Of a stretch of 26,372 nucleotides of DNA, positions 7,619 through 15,693 are shown in pieces. The stretch comes from a virus (Duplodnaviria; Caudoviricetes). Location of the stretch: positions 1 through 26,372 of the IMG/VR virus record IMGVR_UViG_3300005512_000285. The stretch is one strand, 5' to 3'. The stretch's first letter is position 1. The number at the start of each line of letters is the position of its first letter. Below the pieces are notes generated by a model that did no database searches, was not told the DNA's origin, and was given only the letters and a program-made list of their open reading frames with translations. The position numbers and the translations under genes were made by a program.

Positions 7619-10200
7619 GAAGTTTTAAGGATATTAGAGAAGCTCGTGGTGATACTTGTGTATTTACCTTTGGTAGATTCAATCCACCAACGACAGGACA
7701 TGAAAAACTATTAGACGCTGTTGCGACACAGGCAAAGAAGAACCCTGGCGCACCTTACTATGTGTTTGCTTCTCATTCTGAAAACGCAAAGAAAGACCCA
7801 TTGCCGTATGCAAAGAAAGTTGCATATATGAAAAAGATGTTCCCAAAACACGCAAGGAACATTATTGTAGACAAGGCACGAAATGTATTTGAGATTGCAG
7901 TCTCATTACACAACAAAGGACATAGGGCAATCGTAATGGTTGTTGGTTCAGATAGAGTTGATGAGTTTAATAGTTTACTTAACAAATACAACGGTGTAGA
8001 AGCGAGACATGGTTACTACGGATTCGATGAGATTAAGGTAGTATCTGCTGGTGAACGTGATCCAGACGCAGAAGGTGTAACAGGAATGTCTGCATCTAAA
8101 ATGCGAGCAGCTGCATCGGCGAATGACTTTGATTCATTCGCACAAGGATTACCAAAAGGTTTTAATCAAGGAATGTCACTATTTAAGGATGTTCGTAAGT
8201 TTATGGGCATTCGTGAATCATTCAACGGTTTAAACTACGTTATGACTGAAGAAGATGTTATTCGTGATATGTATGTTCGTGGAGAAGTTTTAAACATTGG
8301 TGAAGAAGTTACAGATACATATACTGGTGTAACTGGTAAAATTATTCGTAGAGGCACTAACTATCTAACCTTTGCAGAGGAAGATGGAACAACCCATAAA
8401 AAGTGGTTGTATGAAATCCAACTTGCAGAAGATTGTTGGCCTGGATTTAAACAAGTTGGAATGAAGGATAAGAACGGAAAAAAAGTTCCTAACTGTGTTC
8501 CAGTTGATGAGAAACAAGACAAAGATATTAAAGACAAGAAGGGAACTCAACCTGCTAAGTATTATGCAAAAGATGCTGAGGGTGATGAGATGGCAAAGTC
8601 TACTAAAGACAAAAGAGATGCACATTTCAGAAAACAGGCCGCAAAGGATGACGATGATCCTAATGCATATAAACCTGCCCCTGGCGATGCAACTGCAAAG
8701 ACTAAACCATCAAAGTATACAAACAAGATGAAGAAGTTGTTCCCAGATTTGTATGATGAAGCTTCTGCAAGGGCAGATGCAAAACGAGCAATGTCAAAAG
8801 ACAAAGATATGCAACAAAAACCATTTGATAAAGATGATAAAGCATCAATGATTGATACTATGAAGGCTAAAAAGAATATTGTTGTTCAGTTAAAAAAGGC
8901 AACGAATTTAGGTGGCACTAAACCTATTGAATTTGATAGTGGCCCATCTAAAAAGATTAACCCAAAGTTTGCAAGGGCTGCTTTAGATAAGTTAAACAAA
9001 ATCAAAAAGTCAGATGATAGGTTGAAGTTCCAAGCGAAACTTTCAAAATCATACAAGGATATGTTGCAGGCCTTGAAAGAAGATTTTGAATTTCAAGAGA
9101 ATGCAGACAAGTCTCTTCAAAAGAAAGCAGACGCTTCTGGTATTTCACTAGGCATTCTGAAGAAGGTTTTTGATAGAGGTGTTGCAGCATGGAAGGGTGG
9201 ACATCGCCCAGGCACAACTGCTGTTCAATGGGGTCACGCAAGAGTGAACTCTTTTATCTCTGGCGGTAAGACAAGAACTACTGCCGATGCAGACTTATGG
9301 AAACAACACAAAGGTAAGTCTGAGGGATATGTTATTGAAGCAAGAGCAAAACAAGCGGTTGCTGGTGGTAAGGTTCAAAAATTTATAACTGGTTTTGATA
9401 TGTCTTGGAAAGGCAAAAAATATAATGAGATTGATTTTGAACTTGTGAATATTGACAACAACACACAAGTGGTTACTTTGAAGATTATCGGCCCCAAAGA
9501 GATTTTTGGAGGAGAAGTAAAGATTCCATTTAAGACTTTGAGAAGAGGTCGTTTCATGGCAACAGACACTTCAAAAGAAAGTGTTGAAGATCCTCGTGAA
9601 ATCGGAACAGATGCAAGAAGGGAGAGGCTTCAAGGAATGACGCCAGGACAGGAAGTAAAGAAGTTCTCATTCAAAGAACATTTGAATTGTGAAACACCAA
9701 ACTGTTGTAATGAGTGTGAGACTTCAAGTCTAATTGAATCGAACCAATATCGTGTTGGTTCAGAAAAGTATTTTGAGTTTTTCCAAGAGAAGAGAGATGC
9801 CTATAAAGTAGGTGTCTACAATCCAGTAGGTTTTGATAAAGAACTGATGGAAGGCGATCTTGGAAAATATGATATGTATCAAGGGCAACACGTTCCACTG
9901 GACTGTCCTATGATGTTTGAAGAAAAAGATGTAGAATTAAACAAACCAAAAGTGGGTGGGCCAAAGAAGTACTATGTGTATGTCAAAGACCCATCAACAG
10001 GCAATGTCAAGAAAGTCACATTCGGCGATACAACTGGACTTAAAGTCAAGTTGGATGACAAAGAGGCAAGAAAGAATTTTGCCGCTCGTCATAACTGTGA
10101 CCAACAAAAAGACAAAACTAAGGCAGGGTATTGGAGTTGTAATCTTCCAAGATATGCTAAACAACTTGGTTTGAGTGGTGGAGGAAATTTCTATTGGTAA
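7615..10200 (+). CDS. HxGH-family nucleotidyltransferase (cytidyltransferase-like) fused to a long multi-module extension
   Basis: N-terminal FTFGRFNPPTTGHEKL, VVGSDR and MSASKMR motifs in aa 1-200; about 660 aa of Lys-rich modules follow. Confidence 0.8.
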   Translation: MRSFKDIREARGDTCVFTFGRFNPPTTGHEKLLDAVATQAKKNPGAPYYVFASHSENAKKDPLPYAKKVAYMKKMFPKHARNIIVDKARNVFEIAVSLHNKGHRAIVMVVGSDRVDEFNSLLNKYNGVEARHGYYGFDEIKVVSAGERDPDAEGVTGMSASKMRAAASANDFDSFAQGLPKGFNQGMSLFKDVRKFMGIRESFNGLNYVMTEEDVIRDMYVRGEVLNIGEEVTDTYTGVTGKIIRRGTNYLTFAEEDGTTHKKWLYEIQLAEDCWPGFKQVGMKDKNGKKVPNCVPVDEKQDKDIKDKKGTQPAKYYAKDAEGDEMAKSTKDKRDAHFRKQAAKDDDDPNAYKPAPGDATAKTKPSKYTNKMKKLFPDLYDEASARADAKRAMSKDKDMQQKPFDKDDKASMIDTMKAKKNIVVQLKKATNLGGTKPIEFDSGPSKKINPKFARAALDKLNKIKKSDDRLKFQAKLSKSYKDMLQALKEDFEFQENADKSLQKKADASGISLGILKKVFDRGVAAWKGGHRPGTTAVQWGHARVNSFISGGKTRTTADADLWKQHKGKSEGYVIEARAKQAVAGGKVQKFITGFDMSWKGKKYNEIDFELVNIDNNTQVVTLKIIGPKEIFGGEVKIPFKTLRRGRFMATDTSKESVEDPREIGTDARRERLQGMTPGQEVKKFSFKEHLNCETPNCCNECETSSLIESNQYRVGSEKYFEFFQEKRDAYKVGVYNPVGFDKELMEGDLGKYDMYQGQHVPLDCPMMFEEKDVELNKPKVGGPKKYYVYVKDPSTGNVKKVTFGDTTGLKVKLDDKEARKNFAARHNCDQQKDKTKAGYWSCNLPRYAKQLGLSGGGNFYW

Positions 10201-10463
10201 ATCCATATGAGGATGTTATCTTAGAAGATGGTGCAATTATCAGAACTTTTGCAGAAGGACTTAATGAGGAAGAACTGGTTTGGCATCGTGATAGAAACAA
10301 TAGAGAAATCGCAGTGTTGTCTGGTAACGGATGGCAGTTGCAGATGGACAATAAACTACCAGAAGAATTAAAATCTGGAAGGCTATATTATATTAACAAA
10401 GAGGAATATCACCGACTCATTAAAGGGAACGGAACTCTAAAACTTAAAATTTGGGAAAAGTAA
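10194..10463 (+). CDS. Small cupin-like protein
   Basis: LVWHRD...E...G.G and YHRLIKG motifs consistent with a cupin metal site; TTG start uncertain. Confidence 0.55.
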   Translation: MVNPYEDVILEDGAIIRTFAEGLNEEELVWHRDRNNREIAVLSGNGWQLQMDNKLPEELKSGRLYYINKEEYHRLIKGNGTLKLKIWEK

Positions 10464-10464
10464 T

Positions 10465-12357
10465 ATGACTAGATACTCAACAACAATGAGTGAAATCCTT
10501 TATACGATTAGAGAGGGATATTCACCTAAAGAAATTAAGATGGCAATCGGTATTGCAACAGATAAACGCTACAAAGGTGGTAACTATACTGGTGCAGTTA
10601 ATGCTATTGAAAAAATTAAAAAAGGATTGTCTGACCATCCACAGGTAAAGGCTGTTCTGAAAAGAGTGAACGAAGCTCCAGAAGATATGGAGCCTGCATC
10701 ACCAGACGAAAGTGGTATGGCAACAGATCAACTAAAGTTTATGGTTTATGCATCTAATAAGATCATGGAACATATTCAAGGTGGTGGAGAGTTTCCAGAG
10801 TGGATGCAGAATAAACTATCTGGCACACACGAAAAGATGAAATCTCTCTACGCAAACATCTCACACAATGAGATGAAAGAAGAGGTTGAACTAGAAGAAG
10901 AACTCGATCTTGATGAGTTAAAGATGGATGACCCTAAGTTGGTTAAAGCATTTGACAAGATGAAGAAGGGTGACACTATCAAACTCAAAACCAGTTCTAC
11001 AATCAGCAAGGGAACAGACTTTGTTGATTATGTTGTGAAATCAAAGAATGTGGTAAACAAGGGAAGAGTTGAAAAGATTACTCTTGCAACTAAAGGTAAT
11101 GAAGGTTCAGTTAAGAAGTTTCTATACAAGAGAGATGGTAAGGTAACATTTGCTATCGGTGATATGGGTGCATCTATTGATGACATTAAAGAAGAAACAC
11201 TCAGAGAACTAGAAGAAGGTAAATCATCTACTGGTTACGAACTCTATCATAAAGACTTCTCATCTGCAATGGCACACGCATATGACTTTGCAAAGAAGAA
11301 GTTTGGTATTGAAGTTGACCCTAAAGAGATTGATGACAAGGTTGCATCGGGCCCTCGTAAACCATCAAAGGGTAAGACTAACTCTTATCGTTTAATGGGC
11401 AAAGATGGTAAGAAGGCAATCCAAGTTCAAGTCTATGGTATGGACAATGGTAAATACGAACTCAATATGTATAAAGAGGGTGTAGAACCTATCCAGTGGC
11501 CTTCCCAACCACTAGAAGAGAAACTAAAAGTCTCTGATGGTTTGGGTGCATGGATTGATGACTTCAAGAAATCAGACGCACCACAGTTTGCTGGTAAATC
11601 TGATGAAGAGAAGAAGAACATGGCAATCGCTGCTTTCGTAGATGCTGGTGGTAAACTAGATGAGATGGCATACAAGCCTGGTTCACCCAAAGTCAAAGAT
11701 ATTCGTCCACAAGAAAAGGCCGCAAAGGCATTGGACGCACTTATCAAATCTGGTGGACTAGACAAGAGTGATTTCCAAAAGGCAAGAGCAATGTATGTTC
11801 AGGCATCTGATATGCAGTCAAGAAGGAAACTTAAAAACTTTATCAGTAATCTAGATACAGAACCATTGGAAGCAATCTTGGATATTATTGGTAGAAATGA
11901 CCCAGATACTTTCCAAAAAATGTATCCAAACTCAAAGCCTGGCGAGTATCTATCTACAATTGCATACAAACATAGAAATGCAAAGAATGAAGAAACTGAA
12001 CTGGACGAAAGAGCACCAAAGATGAAATATGCTCTTGTTGGAACAGATATGAAAATCTATTCAATGGGTAGTGATGAGAGAGACTTGAGATTGGACAGAC
12101 GTTCTCTTGAACAAAGATTCAAAGATGTTGCACCACTAAAAATGGCAAGACTTAAAACTGCACAAAGTATTGGTGACAAAGTAGATAAGTCTCAACTCAA
12201 AGAAGAAGAAGAACCAAATAAACCAGATTCTGCCAAAGCGGTAGATCAAATGCGAGATGACAAGAAGAAAACTCGTATTGCACAGTTGCAGTTGCAAATT
12301 GCAAAGGCAACAGAAACAATTAACAAACTTAACGCACAGGAGAAACCAAATGGGTAA
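10465..12357 (+). CDS. Modular 630-aa protein, putative internal head polyprotein
   Basis: Basic modules separated by acidic linkers ending in IRE, VNE, MKE, LEE, LDE, IKE, LKE. Confidence 0.6.
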   Translation: MTRYSTTMSEILYTIREGYSPKEIKMAIGIATDKRYKGGNYTGAVNAIEKIKKGLSDHPQVKAVLKRVNEAPEDMEPASPDESGMATDQLKFMVYASNKIMEHIQGGGEFPEWMQNKLSGTHEKMKSLYANISHNEMKEEVELEEELDLDELKMDDPKLVKAFDKMKKGDTIKLKTSSTISKGTDFVDYVVKSKNVVNKGRVEKITLATKGNEGSVKKFLYKRDGKVTFAIGDMGASIDDIKEETLRELEEGKSSTGYELYHKDFSSAMAHAYDFAKKKFGIEVDPKEIDDKVASGPRKPSKGKTNSYRLMGKDGKKAIQVQVYGMDNGKYELNMYKEGVEPIQWPSQPLEEKLKVSDGLGAWIDDFKKSDAPQFAGKSDEEKKNMAIAAFVDAGGKLDEMAYKPGSPKVKDIRPQEKAAKALDALIKSGGLDKSDFQKARAMYVQASDMQSRRKLKNFISNLDTEPLEAILDIIGRNDPDTFQKMYPNSKPGEYLSTIAYKHRNAKNEETELDERAPKMKYALVGTDMKIYSMGSDERDLRLDRRSLEQRFKDVAPLKMARLKTAQSIGDKVDKSQLKEEEEPNKPDSAKAVDQMRDDKKKTRIAQLQLQIAKATETINKLNAQEKPNG

Positions 12358-12853
12358 GTATCTAGAAACCAAACCAAATAGTTTGGAAAGTGCAGTCCTA
12401 GAGGCAGTCTCTCCTGCTCAACAGGCTGCAATCGCAATTGCGAAAAAAGAAAAAGGTGAGAAACCTAAAAACGAAGAGAAGATGGAGTGTCCTAAATGTA
12501 AAGGTGAAGGATGTGACCATTGTGATGGTAAAGGTTATCACACAACTGAAGAACTTTCTGCAAAACAAAAGAAAATCGACTTGAATAAAAATGGTAAAGT
12601 TGATGGTGACGATCTTGCACAATTGAGAAAGAAAGCAGACAAGAAAGAAGAAGTTTCAGAAGCAAAAGGAACTTATGTCGGTGATACTGGTATGGTAGAA
12701 CGGGCTGCAAAACATATTGCTGATATGTGGAAAGAAGCTGCAAAGGTAAAGAATGAAGAAGAAGATCCTAAGAAAAAAGAATCCAAAACTACTATGACTG
12801 GCAAACCAATGTCAAACATTGAAGTTGCACCAAAAGACAAAGAAAAGGACTAA
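12350..12853 (+). CDS. Charged protein with CxxC zinc knuckle and EF-hand-like loop
   Basis: Start at ATG 12350 after SD AGGAGA; CPKCKGEGCDHCDGKG; DLNKNGKVDGDDL. Confidence 0.6.
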   Translation: MGKYLETKPNSLESAVLEAVSPAQQAAIAIAKKEKGEKPKNEEKMECPKCKGEGCDHCDGKGYHTTEELSAKQKKIDLNKNGKVDGDDLAQLRKKADKKEEVSEAKGTYVGDTGMVERAAKHIADMWKEAAKVKNEEEDPKKKESKTTMTGKPMSNIEVAPKDKEKD

Positions 12854-12855
12854 TC

Positions 12856-13368
12856 ATGCGTCAAATTGTGGAACTCACAAAGATTAACGAAGCAGAGCTT
12901 CCACAGATTTATTGTGATATGGACATGGTTATTTGTGACTTTATTGGTGGGTATGAAAAACTCACTGGTAAAGACTTTGCAAAAGAAAATAAAGACGAGC
13001 GCTGGGAAGAAATAAAGTCAAAGAAAGATTTCTGGGCAACACTTGATTGGATGCCAGGCTCTCAGAGAATGTGGAAATTGATTAACAAATATAATGCAAA
13101 CATTTTGTCTGCATATTCAAACAGAGATGCAAACAGTAGGCCAGGCAAACAGAAATGGTTGTCGAAAAATGCAAAACCTACTGGTAGAATTCATCTTGTT
13201 ATGAGAGCAGATAAACAGAAATATGCCACAACCAACGGTAAACCTAACATCTTGATTGATGATTATATCAAAAATATCAAAGAGTGGGAAACCAAGGGTG
13301 GTATTGGGATTCATCATCTGAGTCCAACACAAACCATTGCTCAATTGAAGAGATATGGATTTAGATAA
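12856..13368 (+). CDS. HAD-superfamily phosphatase, 5'(3')-deoxyribonucleotidase-like
   Basis: Motif I IYCDMDMV, motif II ILSA, K in GKQKWL, motif IV ILIDDYIKNIKEW...GGIGIHH. Confidence 0.8.
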   Translation: MRQIVELTKINEAELPQIYCDMDMVICDFIGGYEKLTGKDFAKENKDERWEEIKSKKDFWATLDWMPGSQRMWKLINKYNANILSAYSNRDANSRPGKQKWLSKNAKPTGRIHLVMRADKQKYATTNGKPNILIDDYIKNIKEWETKGGIGIHHLSPTQTIAQLKRYGFR

Positions 13369-13371
13369 ATA
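13364..13371 (+). promoter_or_regulatory. T4-type late promoter variant
   Basis: GATAAATA upstream of SD TAAGGAG and a structural-type ORF. Confidence 0.55.
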
Positions 13372-13407
13372 GAAGAGTAACATACTCTATAATTAAGGAG
13401 AAAGACT

Positions 13408-13989
13408 ATGGCTCTATGGGGCGTTTCAACAACAGATGAGTCCAAACCAAAGTGGCTCACTGCTGAACAAAAGAAGACCGTTTTCGCAACGGACAGAGGT
13501 TGGGTTCAACTGAATGGCAAAGGACTTGAAGAAGTTATTTGTTCAATCGGTGGACTTGCCGGTACAAGTACTATTACTGGTATTGGTGCTGCTACAATCA
13601 CTTCAATGGACTTTGTAACTACATCGTTCAGTGAGGCTGCTGGTGGTAACATTGATATTCGTGTAATCTTTAACGAGAGAGTAACAGTAGATACTTCTGG
13701 TGGTACACCAACTATTACTGTAACAAACGATCAGGCTGGTTCTGGAACTGATGCAACATTCACTGCTGCATATCAGTCTGGTTCATCAACCAACCGTTTG
13801 ACATTCAGAGCAACTTATGCTGCCGCTGATGGTGGTGTTGCAGAGGATGACGTACTTTCAGTTGCTGCACAAAACTTGGCACTGAACTCTGGTACAATTG
13901 TTGACCAAGCAGACGGCACAACCGCTGTTGAAGTTGCAATTAGTGCTGCCGCAGCTGCCGCTGCTGGCACACTTACAGCATCTGCATAA
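13408..13989 (+). CDS. Putative virion structural/decoration protein with Ig-like beta domain
   Basis: MALWG...KPKWL...ATDRGWV N-terminus; Thr/Ala/Gly-rich; VIFNERVTV, YQSGSSTNRLTF; strong SD; late promoter. Confidence 0.6.
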   Translation: MALWGVSTTDESKPKWLTAEQKKTVFATDRGWVQLNGKGLEEVICSIGGLAGTSTITGIGAATITSMDFVTTSFSEAAGGNIDIRVIFNERVTVDTSGGTPTITVTNDQAGSGTDATFTAAYQSGSSTNRLTFRATYAAADGGVAEDDVLSVAAQNLALNSGTIVDQADGTTAVEVAISAAAAAAAGTLTASA

Positions 13990-14010
13990 GTAGTACTACA
14001 AGGATAAATT

Positions 14011-14265
14011 ATGTCAAAGAATGATAAGACACTAAGTGTCACTGATATTGAAAATAGAAAAAAAGAATTGCAAGCTGACTTAGAAAAGATTTCTAGTCAG
14101 CTGCAAAACTTAGAAAAAATGATGAGACAATTTAATAATCAAGCACAAGCAATAAATGGAGCAATCCAACAGTGTGATGATTTTTTGTCAAGACTTGAGG
14201 CGAATCCCGCCAGTAGCATTCCCTCGCAAGACGATAATGCAAGTGTAAAAGCTGCATTTAGTTGA
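14011..14265 (+). CDS. Small coiled-coil hypothetical protein
   Basis: Heptad pattern IENRKKELQADLEKISSQLQNLE; SD AAGGA. Confidence 0.65.
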   Translation: MSKNDKTLSVTDIENRKKELQADLEKISSQLQNLEKMMRQFNNQAQAINGAIQQCDDFLSRLEANPASSIPSQDDNASVKAAFS

Positions 14266-14292
14266 GGGTTCAAATAATTAGGAGAAATAAAA

Positions 14293-14739
14293 ATGGCTGA
14301 TAAGAAAATCACCGCACTTACAGATTTGGGTAGTGCTATTGCCGCTGAAGATCTACTTCATGTAATTGATGATCCAAGTGGAAACCCAATCAACAAAAGA
14401 ATTAGTATTGCTAATGTCTTTAACAACATTCCAACATATGTTGCTCTAGATGGAACAGCGCAAGTAATTACTAACACAACTGATGCAGTTAATGTGTCAG
14501 CATCTGTTACTCACATCAACACCACTTCTGGTGCTCATGCTGGTGGATTTGCAGATGGAACTAACGGACAAATCAAAATCATCACAATGATTGCTGATGG
14601 TGGTGACTCTGTTATTACACCAACCAATTTTGCAAATGGTTCAACACTTACATTTAACGATGTTGGCGATACTGCAATGCTTATTTTCACAAACTCTAAT
14701 TGGGTTCTTGTGTCAAATAATGGTTGTTCAGTTGCTTAA
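14293..14739 (+). CDS. Putative virion structural protein
   Basis: MADKKITALTDL N-terminus, beta-rich T/N/G composition, ADGTNGQIKII motif; SD AGGAGA. Confidence 0.6.
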   Translation: MADKKITALTDLGSAIAAEDLLHVIDDPSGNPINKRISIANVFNNIPTYVALDGTAQVITNTTDAVNVSASVTHINTTSGAHAGGFADGTNGQIKIITMIADGGDSVITPTNFANGSTLTFNDVGDTAMLIFTNSNWVLVSNNGCSVA

Positions 14740-14749
14740 GGAGTAAACT

Positions 14750-14920
14750 ATGACTGTTAGATATGGTGCAAATGGTATGCCAATGCCAGAAAAAACCGAA
14801 AATAAAAAACCAGAAGCTCTTCAAGAGATTCTAGAAGTAAACCCAAATGAGGGAGCTCTTGTTGATGAACTAGATGATTTTGATGAAGTAGAAGAGGAAG
14901 AAGAAAATGAAGACCTTTAA
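14750..14920 (+). CDS. Small acidic protein (56 aa), not in the ORF track
   Basis: SD TAAGGAG then MTVRYGANGMPMPEK...LVDELDDFDEVEEEEENEDL*; fills the intergenic gap. Confidence 0.65.
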   Translation: MTVRYGANGMPMPEKTENKKPEALQEILEVNPNEGALVDELDDFDEVEEEEENEDL

Positions 14921-15314
14921 CAAATATCTTGCCGAAAAGGCAACTGATGCTGGTTATCCAGTTGATGGTTCTGATTTTTCAAATGATCTCGCTAGTCCAA
15001 AAACTATCGAAAGAATTAATGCATTTTTGGGTGCAATGGGTAACATGGAATATCTTGTTCCAGAACACGCACTAAACAAAATGCAAGAAAAACTAGGTAG
15101 ACTTTCTATCTCTTTTGATATGCCAACTTTGGCAGAAGACGGTGGTGAAGTATCAGTTCCACTAACACAGTTTGGTGGCAGATTTGGAAAAGATGAAAAC
15201 GGAGATGTGAATGACGATGGTATTTCTCACAAAGTTGAGGGTGGATTGTCACTAAAGATTATGCATGAAAAGACAGCAGCAGGAACACACTTTATCAGAG
15301 CCAAAATCGTTTAA
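14907..15314 (+). CDS. Hypothetical protein with capsid-targeting-like N-terminus
   Basis: Starts MKTFNKYLAE, resembling the T4 internal-protein CTS MKTYQEFIAE. Confidence 0.65.
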   Translation: MKTFNKYLAEKATDAGYPVDGSDFSNDLASPKTIERINAFLGAMGNMEYLVPEHALNKMQEKLGRLSISFDMPTLAEDGGEVSVPLTQFGGRFGKDENGDVNDDGISHKVEGGLSLKIMHEKTAAGTHFIRAKIV

Positions 15315-15330
15315 TTAACGGCGAGGCAAT

Positions 15331-15693
15331 ATGTTTGAGAAATTAACAAATGATAATATCACAATGTTTGCAATCAAACATTATGATAACCCACAATGTG
15401 AAGGTGAAATAGAGTTCCAAGATGACATGAAACGCTTTAAGTATATAAAGCGTTTGTTAAGAAAGTATAAAGAATCTGGTGAATTAAAAGAAAGACTTAT
15501 ACTTAATCACATGATTGTCATCTATAATGTATTCGGTGCAGATGCTGGTTCTACTTTACTTTTGTTTAAAATTGAACCAGAATTTTGGGATGTTTTAAAA
15601 ACATTTATGGTGTTTTTAAATATGTTGCCAGAAGGTGAACTTGTTGAAGTAGAAGAAAATATAGAAGTCAAAAGGATATTAGAGAAACTATAA
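15331..15693 (+). CDS. Conserved hypothetical protein of marine T4-like phages
   Basis: FAIKHYDNPQC...EFQDDMKRFKYIKRLL...LKERLILNH; recognised from memory, function unknown. Confidence 0.7.
   Translation: MFEKLTNDNITMFAIKHYDNPQCEGEIEFQDDMKRFKYIKRLLRKYKESGELKERLILNHMIVIYNVFGADAGSTLLLFKIEPEFWDVLKTFMVFLNMLPEGELVEVEENIEVKRILEKL

Noticed and set aside
13942-13966. GCT/GCC/GCA run as a tandem repeat element
   Set aside because: Simply encodes a poly-Ala stretch in a structural protein.
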